Positions 40,096-52,656 of a stretch of 64,000 nt of DNA are shown here, piece after piece. The notes beneath the pieces are model-generated. The model saw only the letters and a list, made by a program, of their open reading frames with translations. It was not told where the DNA came from and did no database searches. How positions within the stretch are numbered: the stretch's first letter is position 1; each line of letters starts with the position of its first letter. Made by a program: the position numbers and the translations under genes. The stretch lies in NCBI RefSeq assembly GCF_006345805.1, contig NC_043002.1, positions 48,422,001 to 48,486,000 of the forward strand, read 5' to 3'. This DNA is from Octopus sinensis (taxonomy: Eukaryota).

Positions 40096-41033
40096 ATACT
40101 TGTTAAAACAAGATACTTTCCTTCACAACCTCGCTACCAATAAGGTAGCCGTCCAAACTTTATTATAAATTAGAGAGCAAAAGAGAACTTATAAGTTTGT
40201 GTGTGCCACTGTGTGTGTAAGCACATACATACGTATGTATGTATATGTTGCGCTTAAGAATGAATTATGTATTAATTCTTTTCACTCACTCTCCCCAGTC
40301 GTGACTTCATGTGTTATTTGTGCGGGAAAATGTTATACTTGTTGCAAATACACCATTAAACAAACTCCAAAAGACTTTAGAGATACGATAGCGACAAAAC
40401 CAAGTTATTGTTTGAAAACGAGTCTGATATCAGATTACAACTCAGTTACAAGACACTATAGAAGATTGACGACATCTGCAACATGGAAGTTTTCATTACA
40501 AATCAGATGCTAGAAAATATACACCTGTATAGTATTCTGGGGACCGCAGTGCGTGTATATTTTGATCTGCTCCATACTGATCAAAGTTAATATATCCTCA
40601 GTATAATCGATTTGATCTGATTTTTTTTACTTATGGAAATAGCCGTTGAATCCTTTCTAAGATGTATCAGAGTTTAAACATTCTGCAGATTAATTATCTA
40701 AAACCATCAGATGGTGTTATAGAAGACATGAGGCTAATCATTGGAACGTCTCGAGTTCAACTTCATGAATCATAGGTTTGGTGTCACCCTCTCGATAGAA
40801 ATCATTCATATCTTCTTAAAGCATATACACCCCACGAAAAAACTGGATCGTCTGACAATATGCTACATCTATCTAAATCTATATTTCCTTTATCTTCCGC
40901 ATAAATCAGACTGATGGGTTAGATTAGCACGCTTGAAGAAAATATGCATGAATGTGTACGTGGTTTTTCTTTTATGCGTATGTATGCGTGTTGTAAGAGA
41001 GACTCTATGCGTGTGTGTGTGTGTGTGTGTGAA

Positions 41034-41068
<35 letters not shown>

Positions 41069-42769
41069 CTATGTTTGTCTATGTTGGTGTATGCTCATTT
41101 TCTTTTTTGTATATGAATACTAGTATGAGAGCGCGTGCATCAATATGTAACTGTCTATGTGGAACAAATGCTAGTAAATACAGCTTCCGATTAACTTTCA
41201 GTTTACTTAATTTATTTATTTCCAATGACATGTTTATGAAATAACACTTGGACTGAATCTTGGAACCAATTTGGACTGACGCCAATCCCCGGAGTGTAGC
41301 AATGAGTTATTAATGTTATTCCGATATTAAATCTATTATGTCACGTCTTAACAGACAATTGGGGCCTTGATTATTCGTAGTGTGGTGAATGAAGACACGA
41401 GAGCACTAGATTATTAGCTGTTTTTATTGGTTTTACTGCACTGCAGCCAAATATGGTTTAAAAAGTAAAGCAGTAAAAATACAATTTGTTCTTTGTAAAA
41501 CTTTTAGTAGATATTCTGAATTGCATCATGAAATATATATAGCAAAACTAGGTTTACTGATACACCGTTCCTTTGCTCTGGGCCCACTAAATGTCCTATC
41601 AAAATATTTTAGCTGGAAAACGAGAATGAGCAATTGATTTTTTAAATATTCTTATGATGGAAAACCCAGTTGTTCGTAACGGTATTGGAGTTTAATACTA
41701 TCATTTTGTTTGACATGTATATAACTTAAACATTTAATACCAATAGTCAACCAATTGTCAGAATCAATTAATTCTCTAAGGCAATGTTCAGAATTTAAAA
41801 AGGTTACATAATCTAATTTTTTCGCATGTGTTACTCATTAATTCCTTTCAATTAAAAAATGGAATCTGTCAACATCATAATCCCAATTTAAATCTCAGAA
41901 TAGCAAACCAACAGGGCTGTCTTTAAAACAGTCAACGTTATTACGCATGTATCTGCCATCTTGGGTTTTGGAAAGTATAAATAATTAATTTACAAATGAT
42001 TACTCCACGCCTAGTTGGGAATAAATAAAGATAAGCTACTCGTACTACCCCCTAATCAATACCTTTTTCGCGCTTTGATAATCTAATAGCAATCCTTTTT
42101 TAAACAGGGAAAATTCCGATCAATTACAAAGTTTTCTTCACCAGCGCTGTACAACTAACTACATCCAATTGACATTTGACAAGTCATATTTAACTGCAGA
42201 CATAGGCTTCAGTTTCAAACAACGGGCCCGAATGATGTTATAAAAACGTTATGATATCTTATTGAACATTACATATTCTAATTTTGGATATAGACTTGAG
42301 CACGCGTCTCCTAATCATAATCTTTATACCATGTTGTTTATGTAATGATGTTAAGTCAATGTTATGTTGAATGCGAGGTCATAGTCTTATACGTATTACC
42401 ATACCAAAAGTTGAATCCAAATGACTGTCAAAGCTTGTATATATTCAAAACTATTTTCGTTGATAAAATTTTATGAATGATAGTTCTAAGGCAATGTTTA
42501 AAACAAGTTATCTAGTATCGGGCAAATACCAAATTATTGCATTCTTTCCTACACAGAATTATTCATTGAATTCTGTTTTGTCATCCAAGTATTAAACCTG
42601 GCAAAATCAATACCATACCTAAGCAAACTCGTGTATATTGATTACAATTACAATATATTATACGAACAGACATGTATTTCTCTCCATAGCCAAAATGAGG
42701 TTTCATGTAATAACAAAATAATCAAATAATCGTTTTGTTACCAGTAACATATCAATTCGCAATATTAAT

Positions 42770-44133
<1,364 letters not shown>

Positions 44134-44681
44134 GCGTGAGAGAGCGGTGCATGCCGTCAAAGTGACATTGGGGTAAAATATACGAAGCCCAGTATACCCA
44201 ACATGACTACCTCTCTGATAAGGGTATACCAGGCACATGCATCACAACCATATGTGCGCGTCATGGTGATCTCATACCAAGATAAACAGCGCATGACCTT
44301 GCAGGTGGAGCTCAGTTAGAATTTTTTCTGGTTGAGTAACCCATCCTGCTCAAAAGGTCCCTGAATAAGAGTTGTTTAATGATGTTGAACGAAACACCCA
44401 TGTTTCCAGAGGTGAATTATTCAAACCCCAAAGAATCCCTCTCAATACATGATTATGATGCTCCCCCACTACTTCTGCTCATGATCAGAGATGCACATAC
44501 CGTCAACCACTAAGGGACATGCTCAAGTGGTTAAGGTCAAACAACCGACAAGCAAATCTGTGGTACTGAGCAGAATATTTGCTGTAGCCCATCTTTTATA
44601 CCAAGACAAAACAATGTACATGATAACACTTCCAATCAGTTAAGGTCAGAAGCAACGAGAGCCACTGCCTGGTACGGCATC
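44134..44681 (-). mobile_element. 548-bp non-coding element inserted in (ATT)n; putative non-autonomous retroelement
   Basis: Complex sequence with sharp junctions to (ATT)n on both sides. No credible ORF and no visible similarity to the adjacent LINE copies. Strand is inferred from the neighbours. Confidence 0.55.
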
Positions 44682-44704
44682 TATTATTATTATTATTATT
44701 ATTA

Positions 44705-44748
<44 letters not shown>

Positions 44749-44842
44749 TAGTTTTATTTTTATAGCGTGCTTTCACTTCACTACCGAGCGCAGCTCTGTG
44801 TGCCTTGGGTATGTGCTGTGATTTGTTGTGATGCTCTGATGG

Positions 44843-46129
44843 TTATTGTATGGAAAGTGTTCTGCGTAGGATGTGTGCAGTGCCTAGTAGTGCAATTTTC
44901 TGTATGTTATATGTGTTTGTAAGTCCTGGTGTTTTTGTTATGTATTTGTCTGAATATTTTTTTATCATGCCTAATGCACCTACTATGATAGGAATTGTTT
45001 CTGTTTTCAGGTTCCACATTCTAGTTACCTCTATTTCCAGGTCTTTGTATTTTGAGAGTTTCTCCATTTCTTTTAGAGACACGTTGTCATCTGCCGGTAT
45101 TGATACATCAATTAGAAAGCATTTTTTTTCTTCATGATCTCTGACAACTATATCTGGTCTGTTGGCCTTAATTTCTCTATCTGTGTGTATCGGCATATCC
45201 CAGAGTAGGGTTGCTTTCTCGTTTTCTGTGACCTTTTCTGGTGTGTGCCTATACCATCTTTTTTCTGTTGTTATTCCATAATGTTGGCATAGCTTCCAAT
45301 GTATGTAGGTTCCAACTCTGTCATGTCTGTGAATATATTCCTTCTTAGCCAGGACTGGGCAGCTAGAGATAATATGATTTATTGTTTCTTGTCCATCTCC
45401 ACATATTCTGCAGTTACTTGTAATATTTCTTTTCATTACATGTTTTTGGTAATTTCTGGTGGGGAGGCTTTGGTCTTGTGCTGCAATTAAAAATCCTTCT
45501 GTTTCTGCTTTGAGTCCTGAGCTTCTCAACCATTGCTGGGATTTTTCTTTGTCTATTTCTTTTGCGTTTAGTTTAGTGCAGTATTTACCATGAAGGGGCT
45601 TTTCTTGCCATCGTTTTATCATGGCTCGTTGCTGTTCTATTTTTAGTTTGGATTTCATTTGTTTTATAGCTTTTGTTGTTTCTTCATCATCTTCTTCTTC
45701 TTCTTCTTTGTGTTTATTAGGTGGTATGATTTCTTGTTTGTATTTGTCAGCTTCCTTAAATACTGAGAACAGTTTTTTGTTTTGCTCGTGTTTTGCTGCT
45801 ATCTGGATCAGTTTTCCTTCCTTCTGAAGTAGGTATTTTTGCAGTCCTATGGTGGTTATTTTATAGTAGTTTTCCAGCTGTATAAGGCCTCTACCACCTT
45901 CTATACGTTGTATATATAGTCTTTCTATGTCAGATTTTGGGTGATGCATCCTAGATCCTGTCAGTATTTTTCGTGTTTTCCTATCTATTTTGGACAGTTC
46001 ATTTCGTGTCCAGTTAAGGATATTGTAGCTGTAACTTATAACTGGGACAGCTAAAGTGTTGATACCTATTATCTTGTTTTTAGCATTGAGCTCTGTTTTT
46101 AGTATTGAACTAACTCGTCTATAATATTC
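44843..46129 (-). CDS. C-terminal ORF segment of the R4/Dong-type LINE: thumb, CCHC zinc knuckle, restriction-like endonuclease
   Basis: Open from EYYRRV through GGRGL, CRICGDGQETINHIISSC, RHD, NRPDIVV, IDVSIP, EKLSKYKDL to the stop at 44843. Confidence 0.92.
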   Translation of the reverse strand, partial: EYYRRVSSILKTELNAKNKIIGINTLAVPVISYSYNILNWTRNELSKIDRKTRKILTGSRMHHPKSDIERLYIQRIEGGRGLIQLENYYKITTIGLQKYLLQKEGKLIQIAAKHEQNKKLFSVFKEADKYKQEIIPPNKHKEEEEEDDEETTKAIKQMKSKLKIEQQRAMIKRWQEKPLHGKYCTKLNAKEIDKEKSQQWLRSSGLKAETEGFLIAAQDQSLPTRNYQKHVMKRNITSNCRICGDGQETINHIISSCPVLAKKEYIHRHDRVGTYIHWKLCQHYGITTEKRWYRHTPEKVTENEKATLLWDMPIHTDREIKANRPDIVVRDHEEKKCFLIDVSIPADDNVSLKEMEKLSKYKDLEIEVTRMWNLKTETIPIIVGALGMIKKYSDKYITKTPGLTNTYNIQKIALLGTAHILRRTLSIQ

Positions 46130-47441
46130 TTTTTTTTATTTTCTCTTTCATTTGTGTGTGTTGTGTCTTATCTAGTTCATGGATTCCTAAGTATTTGTAA
46201 GTTTGGCTTTGGTCTAATTCTTTTATTTCATTGGTTTTATCTAGTGTGATGTTGTTATTCTTAACTAGTTTTCCTCTTTTCATGGTTACTTTGGCGCATT
46301 TTTCTAATCCAAATTTCATATCTATTTCTCTGGTAAATCCATGAACTGTCTTTAATAGTGTTTCCAGCTGTTTGTCATTTGCAGCGTATAGTTTTAGGTC
46401 ATCCATATATAAAAGGTGGCTGATCGTTTTGCCGTAACATTTATATCCGCATCCAGTTCTATTTAGCATATCAGATAGAGGTGACAGTGCCAAGCAGAAA
46501 AGGAGTGGAGAGAGCGTGTCTCCCTGGAATATTCCTCTTCTAATGGGGATGTCTTTGGTTTTCATGAGTCCCTCTTTTGTTTGGAGGTGTAGGACTGTTT
46601 GCCATTTATTCATAGAGTGCTCTATGAATTTTATGATTGTTGGTGCTACTTTGTTAATGGCTAGTGTTTCGAGGATCAATGTGTGGGGGATGCTATCAAA
46701 CGCCTTTTTGTAGTCAATCCAGGCCATACTGAGGCCTTTCTTCTTTCTGTGGCTGTCTTCAGTTACGGCTTTATTAATCATTAGTTGATCTTTACAGCCA
46801 TATGAGCCCTTGCGGCATCCTTTCTGCTCTTCTGGAAACAGTTTGTTTTCGTCCGGGTGCTTGTTCAGCCTTTGCGATATCACTGCAGTAAATGCCTTGA
46901 ACATAGTAGGGAGGCAGGTTATTGGTCTGTAGTTTTCTGGTTTTGTTGTTTCATTTGATTTGGGAATTAAGATGGTTTTCCCCTTCGTGAGCCATTCAGG
47001 CATTGTCTCTGGCTCTGCTAGTATGCTGTTAAAGTTTTCAGCCAGCTTTTTGTGCATTCCTGTTAGGTATTTCAACCAGAAGTTGGGGATCTTGTCATGC
47101 CCAGGTGCCTTCCAGTTGCTTAGTTTTTGCAGTGCCTGGGTGACCTCTTCAGTTGTTATGGGGGTCCAAAGTTGTTCAGATGCCGAGTTTCTTATTTTCA
47201 TACTCCTTTTTTTTGGCTGTTCGTTCGCCGACCATATTTCTTTCCAGAATTCTTCCAATTCTTCTGCCGTTGGTGCTGCAGTGACTTCTATTTTATTTTT
47301 GCCCAGTTCTTGGTAGAACTTTTTGGGGTCGGAGTTGAACTTTTTGTTCTGTTCAAAGAAGCGTTGGCGTTTCTCGTACCGGCGGATCCTTTGTGCTTTG
47401 GCAAGGATATCTTGCTTCAGCTTTTCTTTTATCTCCGGCAA
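46119..47441 (-). CDS. Reverse transcriptase domain of the R4/Dong-type LINE (frameshifted ORF segment)
   Basis: KAPGHDKIPNFWLK, YRPITCL, EQKGCRKG, WIDYKKAFDSIPH, GIFQGDTLSPLLF, LLYMDDLKLYA, YKYLG. Confidence 0.92.
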   Translation of the reverse strand: MPEIKEKLKQDILAKAQRIRRYEKRQRFFEQNKKFNSDPKKFYQELGKNKIEVTAAPTAEELEEFWKEIWSANEQPKKRSMKIRNSASEQLWTPITTEEVTQALQKLSNWKAPGHDKIPNFWLKYLTGMHKKLAENFNSILAEPETMPEWLTKGKTILIPKSNETTKPENYRPITCLPTMFKAFTAVISQRLNKHPDENKLFPEEQKGCRKGSYGCKDQLMINKAVTEDSHRKKKGLSMAWIDYKKAFDSIPHTLILETLAINKVAPTIIKFIEHSMNKWQTVLHLQTKEGLMKTKDIPIRRGIFQGDTLSPLLFCLALSPLSDMLNRTGCGYKCYGKTISHLLYMDDLKLYAANDKQLETLLKTVHGFTREIDMKFGLEKCAKVTMKRGKLVKNNNITLDKTNEIKELDQSQTYKYLGIHELDKTQHTQMKEKIKKRIL

Positions 47442-47638
47442 ATCTTTTTCTGTGATGTTATATTTGCGGATATTTTTGTTCTCTTTTTGTTGCTCAGTAG
47501 CGTTGCTTGTTTGCTGATTTCATTAAGAATCGACAGGTCTTTTCTAATTTTTTTAATCTTATTTTGGATGTTATTTATCCACAGGGTTTGTTTGGGTGGT
47601 GGTACTCCTGTTTGAGCGGGTTTGGGTGAGTATCCCAA

Positions 47639-47701
<63 letters not shown>

Positions 47702-49363
47702 GCTGTTGTTCTTCTTTTAAGTCAGCTTTTCAGCTTTTGTTAGAACTCCTGGAGTTTTGCATGCTTTCTACCTGCAGACTACGGTACTACGCTATCTGTT
47801 CTTTTCAATTATTTAATACTTTCCTGATGATTCTGGTCATGCCAAGGAGTGAAACTTTTTGTAACAGTCTATTAGGCACTTTATTCCCATTTCCTTTAAA
47901 TTCTTCTTGATGCCTTCTGATACTGTCCCTAAGGAGCAAATGATAATTGGCACTATCTTCTCCATCTTCATTTTTTACAATCAAGCTATCTCGTATTTAA
48001 GAGGTTTGTCCGTGTTTTTTCGCTTTGCTTCTTAACTATTGTGTGGATCAAATAGGCATGCAACATCAGTCATAGACCATATATGGTGCAATTTGTCCAC
48101 CAATACTGGGTCTGTCTTGTAATCTTCAATCACTTGTTTTGTTTAGATTGGAAAATTCCACATGATTTCGCTGGCTTCCAACTCCATCAGTCTCTGTGGT
48201 TTGCCTCATACCATTTTTTGTCTTCCTCTAACCCCAACTTTTCACAGTTTCCAGTGCAACACTTTCGTAACCTCATCGTGTCGCCACAGCTTATATTGGT
48301 TTTGGGCAAGCCCAGGGCATTCGTTCACAATATGGGTAATGGTTTCGTCAACTCTATTCCTGCGGTTGACCCACCAAATTGTAGCCAAAGCTCCAGTGTT
48401 CCTTTCTGTAACCAATCACACCTGTGTTCTTCAGTAACTTCAGTTTTGGCTACATGGAATTGATTGTGTAGTTCCTTGCTGAGTAGTGCATGTTGATGTC
48501 CTTCTTCAACTTTTTGTCTTGTTCTTTACTATTTTTCTGCTTTCAAAATGTCCCTCGGTTCTAACAAGTTTTCCTCACTTTGAGTTAGATACCGCTGCAA
48601 GTTTCCAAGTTCAAGAGGCGCACCGTGTTTTATATTCATGAGACTCCCTTCCTTTGTTTGCTCTCTTCATATATAGGTAATCAGTGTCTGCATGTGGATG
48701 ATGGTCTCCATGTATCGTTAGGAGCTTTTTCGTTTTCCTGTCCAATACCTTTTAGCTCGTCCTCTGTCCACTTCAGAATTCCAGCTCCGTATTGTATCAC
48801 TGCGACTGCGTGCGGGTTTATTTCGAAATTATATTTCTGGCATTCAGCTTTGTATCCAATATCATTCTCAGCTACCATAGATGCTCTTTCGTAGTCTTTT
48901 CTTTCATATCAATATTCTTAATTCTGTCAGTCTCAAGTATTCTCAGGTACTTATATCCGGATTCAGGTTCAATTGCCTACATCATTTCACTACTTGGCAT
49001 ACGTATAATTTCTATTTTCTGAGAAACTTTCCTTGTCTCATCACCATCACAGTTCACTAAGGTAGTCTAAATTCCATCTTGATATCATTAAAGAAAACCC
49101 TCACAGAATCAACTAGACTGCTAAGTTCTGCATCACTTTTAGCGAACAACTTCAAATCACCTATGAATAGCAAGTGGTTAAGCTTTTCCAGATCATGCCC
49201 TAAATTTGTCTCCCGCAGTATTTCATTCAAGGAAATCATTCCTAACAAAAAGGTCAATGGAGATACACTGTCACCCTGGAAGATTCCTCTCTTGATTTTC
49301 ACTTATCCTAATACCTAATTCCCTGCTGTTAACTCGGTTCTCCAGCATTTCTTGCTGTTCCAT
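47702..49363 (-). mobile_element. Older, decayed R4/Dong-type LINE (different subfamily)
   Basis: KIKRGIFQGDSVSPLTF, LNHLLFIGDLKLFAKS, YKYL, AVAVIQYGAGILKWT, RHD region and terminal LLGMTRIIRKVL. Many stops. 3' end abuts (ATT)n at 47640-47701. Confidence 0.88.
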
Positions 49364-50153
49364 GTAAGGTATCCAAAGCAATGGGGACGCAGGGAAACTG
49401 TGTGGCTATTGTTGTGCATGCGCCTTCCCCTGTGTGCGCCTCGCTGCCACGCTCAGTCTTGGCTTGGCAATTGTATCTGATGGAGCTCCAGATTGATGCT
49501 CCCGCCAAGTGTGAAGTTCGCGCAGTTATTCGGTGTTTGAACGCAAAAGGCGATTGAAATTCATCGCAAATTAACGGAAGTGTATGGCGAGTCGTGCATG
49601 GATGTCAAAAATGTCTGCAAGTGGTGTAGAGAGTTTGCAGCTGGTCGTACTAAAATTTATGACGAAGAAAGAAGCGGGCGACCATCAATTTCCGACGAGA
49701 CAGTCGCGAAGGTTGAGTAAATACTGCATGGAAATCGACGGATCACTCTGAATGATCTGCGCATTTTGGTTCCTGAGGTTTCCCGAAGCACCATTCATAG
49801 GATTTTGAGTGAAAAGTTGCAATATCAGGAGATCATAAACGGCAACCCACCTTATAGTCCGAACTCGGCACCCAGTAACTAACATCTGTTCCCTAAGTTG
49901 AATGAACATTTAGCCGAGACGCGCTTCAGCAACGACGATGAGGTGAAAGATGAAGTTCAGCGCTTCCTCAACGACATGGCAGTGAGCTGGTATGACATGG
50001 GCATACAAAAACTGCCCCAGCGCCGAAATGGCAATTATGTAGAAAAATAGATAAATGTTCAAACTTTAAAATAATGTAAACATTTTTGACAATAAACGTT
50101 TTTTGTGATTTCTAAATATTTCTGGAGACCTTACTTTTGTGATTACCCTTGTA
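49364..50153 (+). mobile_element. Internally deleted mariner transposon (second family)
   Basis: MELQIDAPAKCEVRAVIR..IHRKLTEVYG..DEERSGRPS, then a jump to PPYSPNSAPSN*HLFPKL. 3' TIR GGAGACCTTACTTTTGTGATTACCCTTG-TA; only GTAAGGTATCC of the 5' TIR remains. Confidence 0.88.
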
Positions 50154-50369
50154 AGTATTCAAGTATTCCATACCGTTCACCAGCCAATAATAACAACAAT
50201 AATAACAACAGCAATACATTCTCAGCCACGGTTCTGAAAAGCTCAGAGCTATTTAAAAATGGATATACTACAGAAAGATATTTGCTTAGCTCAAGCAGCC
50301 AGACATTGCTATCCCCACTTAGGTGCTGGCAGAAACATAAAAATGACAGGTATTTATAAACGTGATTCT

Positions 50370-52450
50370 ATAAGCACAAAGTGGCCGGAGACGGCTAGTC
50401 AGGCAGCCGAGGAAGAGCACTGAAAGACATAATTCAGCATATCTCGAGGGTGAAACACTTTGCAGACATTTCAGTGTTCTTCAGCTCCGAAGCTCAGACC
50501 GCCAAACAGTCCGTGATTCCCTGTCGGAGTGCTCCCATCGTATTTAGGAAGGAAGATGGAAGAAGGACGGAGCATATAAAGATCTCAGAAATTCTGGTAA
50601 GTTTATAGTGGATTTTATCCTGTGTAGTTTTGGAAGGGTGTAACAGCCTCCTGGAGATGAAGTCGACCCATTTCGTAAATTAGTCTGGGACCAATGTGGA
50701 GGTGCTACTCTACATTAAATCCGGTGGATCTATCCACGATAACCTCTACCTCAAGTGCTACATCTTAGTGACGGTAGAAAAGAAACTGGCATGGGTGGGC
50801 CCTGATCAATTTTGATTAATCAAAAGCTTTTGATGGGGTCCACCATGAATACTTGGAGGCTGTCCTCTCGGTGGCCGGTTTCGATCCCGTTTTTAGAGGC
50901 TAGATGCCTGCAATGCACAGTGACATATGTTCGGTGGTTAAAGCAAATGGCTACCAATCGGAATCGTTTAGGATCGCTCGTCCGGTCTGTCAAGGATGTT
51001 CACTCTCGCCTCCTATCTATGCGCTGGCTCTGAAGCTATTACTAATGAAATTGGATATTTCGAGGGGCATTCCCGGAAGTTCCGTGTCAGCTTATGCGGA
51101 CGATGTCGGCGTAATAGCGTCGGATGGCTCGGAAATCGAGATGATCGGCACTATTTTAAAGAAGAACGAAGCTGTGACAGGAGCAAAGATTTGTCGAGAC
51201 AAATCAATGAGCCCGTAGCTCGTATGGCGCTGGACGGAAAGACCGGTTAAATTGCTCGGAGTCTGGACCTCCATATGTACAAAAACTCGGGGAAGGTAAC
51301 GAGCAGAATGGCCAGTCTCACCCAGAAATGGGCAGGGAGGAAGCTGCCACTGAAGGGTCGGGTGGAGGTGGCGAATGCATAGATCGCTTCCGTTATCTAC
51401 TACCGGCAAACCGTCGTTCTTGTCCTGCTTCGTAGCTGTTAAAGTTGGAACTCGTGCTCTTCCGTTTTTCACTCGCTAGAGGGTCCAACTGCTGGGCATC
51501 CGTGTGGTTAATGATGCGGACATGCGCTAGGTCTGTTCCATCTCCAGCACTTTCTTAACCGTGAGCGGCTCGCCTCATTGACGGAGCTTCAGTTCTGGAT
51601 CAAGCATAGACAGAGAAAGGGCGCTTGGCACTTGGAGTGTCTGTAAGTGCTCATAGTCCTCTGCCTGTCGGGCAATGCGGTCGATGGAAGTTCTAAATTA
51701 TTTTTCTATTGAGGATTAGTGGCGGGCAACAGCGTATTCGAGGAAACTCTGAGCGTAGGGGATGAGGATGAATAAGTCGGTCTTTTCCGGAGGACTCTCG
51801 GGCTGGAGCCTATGAATAAATTCTAGAAATCCCTGACCTGGTAGTGCTACCGGGAGGCTCTGTCAGTTAGATACAAGCTCTACAGATACAAAAGTGCTGG
51901 CAGATGGACCTGTCCGAGAAGTGCACAGGGCGACGAAACCGTTATGCATGCACTCGTCAAGTGACCGTGCATTGCTGACTTGTGGAGTTTTGTTGAACAG
52001 CTGTTGACACGTGTAGGACGGATCCAAGTCCATCGTGAAGATCACTCCGCCGCCTTATTTTAACCTGGAAGGAAAGACAATTTTCCTCTTTCTGGTGGCT
52101 ATGGCGAAAGAGGTATTGTCGTGGACTAGGCTAAAAAGACTGAAGACAAATACCTTCTTCTTCAGCCAAGCCCTCATCGACTTTTTCAAATTCCACATGC
52201 GAAGGAGAGTGAAGTTGGAGAGGAAAGTAGTGTCCACCACCCAATAGTTTTGCTGAAATGTGGGTGAATGTGACGAGGATGATCTCCGTGAATGGACCTA
52301 CTCTGAACCTACGCTTGTAATCCAGAAGAGTTGAGAGGAGGGAGGCAGCTGCTGAGATGCTCATGGCGGTGGAAGTAACCAGGATGTGTGGGATCCCTTG
52401 TTGTCCTGGGTTAACTGTTCTTGTTTTCATTTTATACACAAAGTTTTGTG
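50370..52450 (+). mobile_element. Decayed L1-clade (Tx1-like) LINE
   Basis: RPVCQGCSLSPPIYALAL, SAYADDV, EAVTGAKICRDKS, and a TCPRS..ETVMHAL zinc-finger remnant. The 5' part is a possible ORF1 vestige. Confidence 0.8.
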
Positions 52451-52459
52451 CTCTGTACA

Positions 52460-52656
52460 CCACCGATTTTGACCAAGGGAAAGGCAAAGGCCAATACAGT
52501 TTGGTACCAGTGATGTCGCAACTCATTTTCTACAGCTTAGTAAACTGGAGCAACGTGAACAAGGGTTTTTGCTCAAGAACACAACACACAACCAGATCCG
52601 GGAATCGATCACACATCCGCACGATTATAAGCCCGACGCTCTAACCATTGAGCCAT
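52460..52656 (-). mobile_element. CORE-like tRNA-derived SINE (family distinct from A and B)
   Basis: Reverse complement begins TGGCTCAATGGTTAGAGCGTCGG (A box), GATCGATTCCCGG (B box), GTGTTGTGTTCTTGAGCAA (CORE-like). Confidence 0.7.

Larger units (their letters stand above)
44746..47639 (-). mobile_element. Young 5'-truncated R4/Dong-clade non-LTR retrotransposon inserted in (TAA)n
   Basis: RT, CCHC and REL endonuclease in one ORF broken by two frameshifts; about 100-bp 3' UTR; (ATT)n on both sides. Confidence 0.95.
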
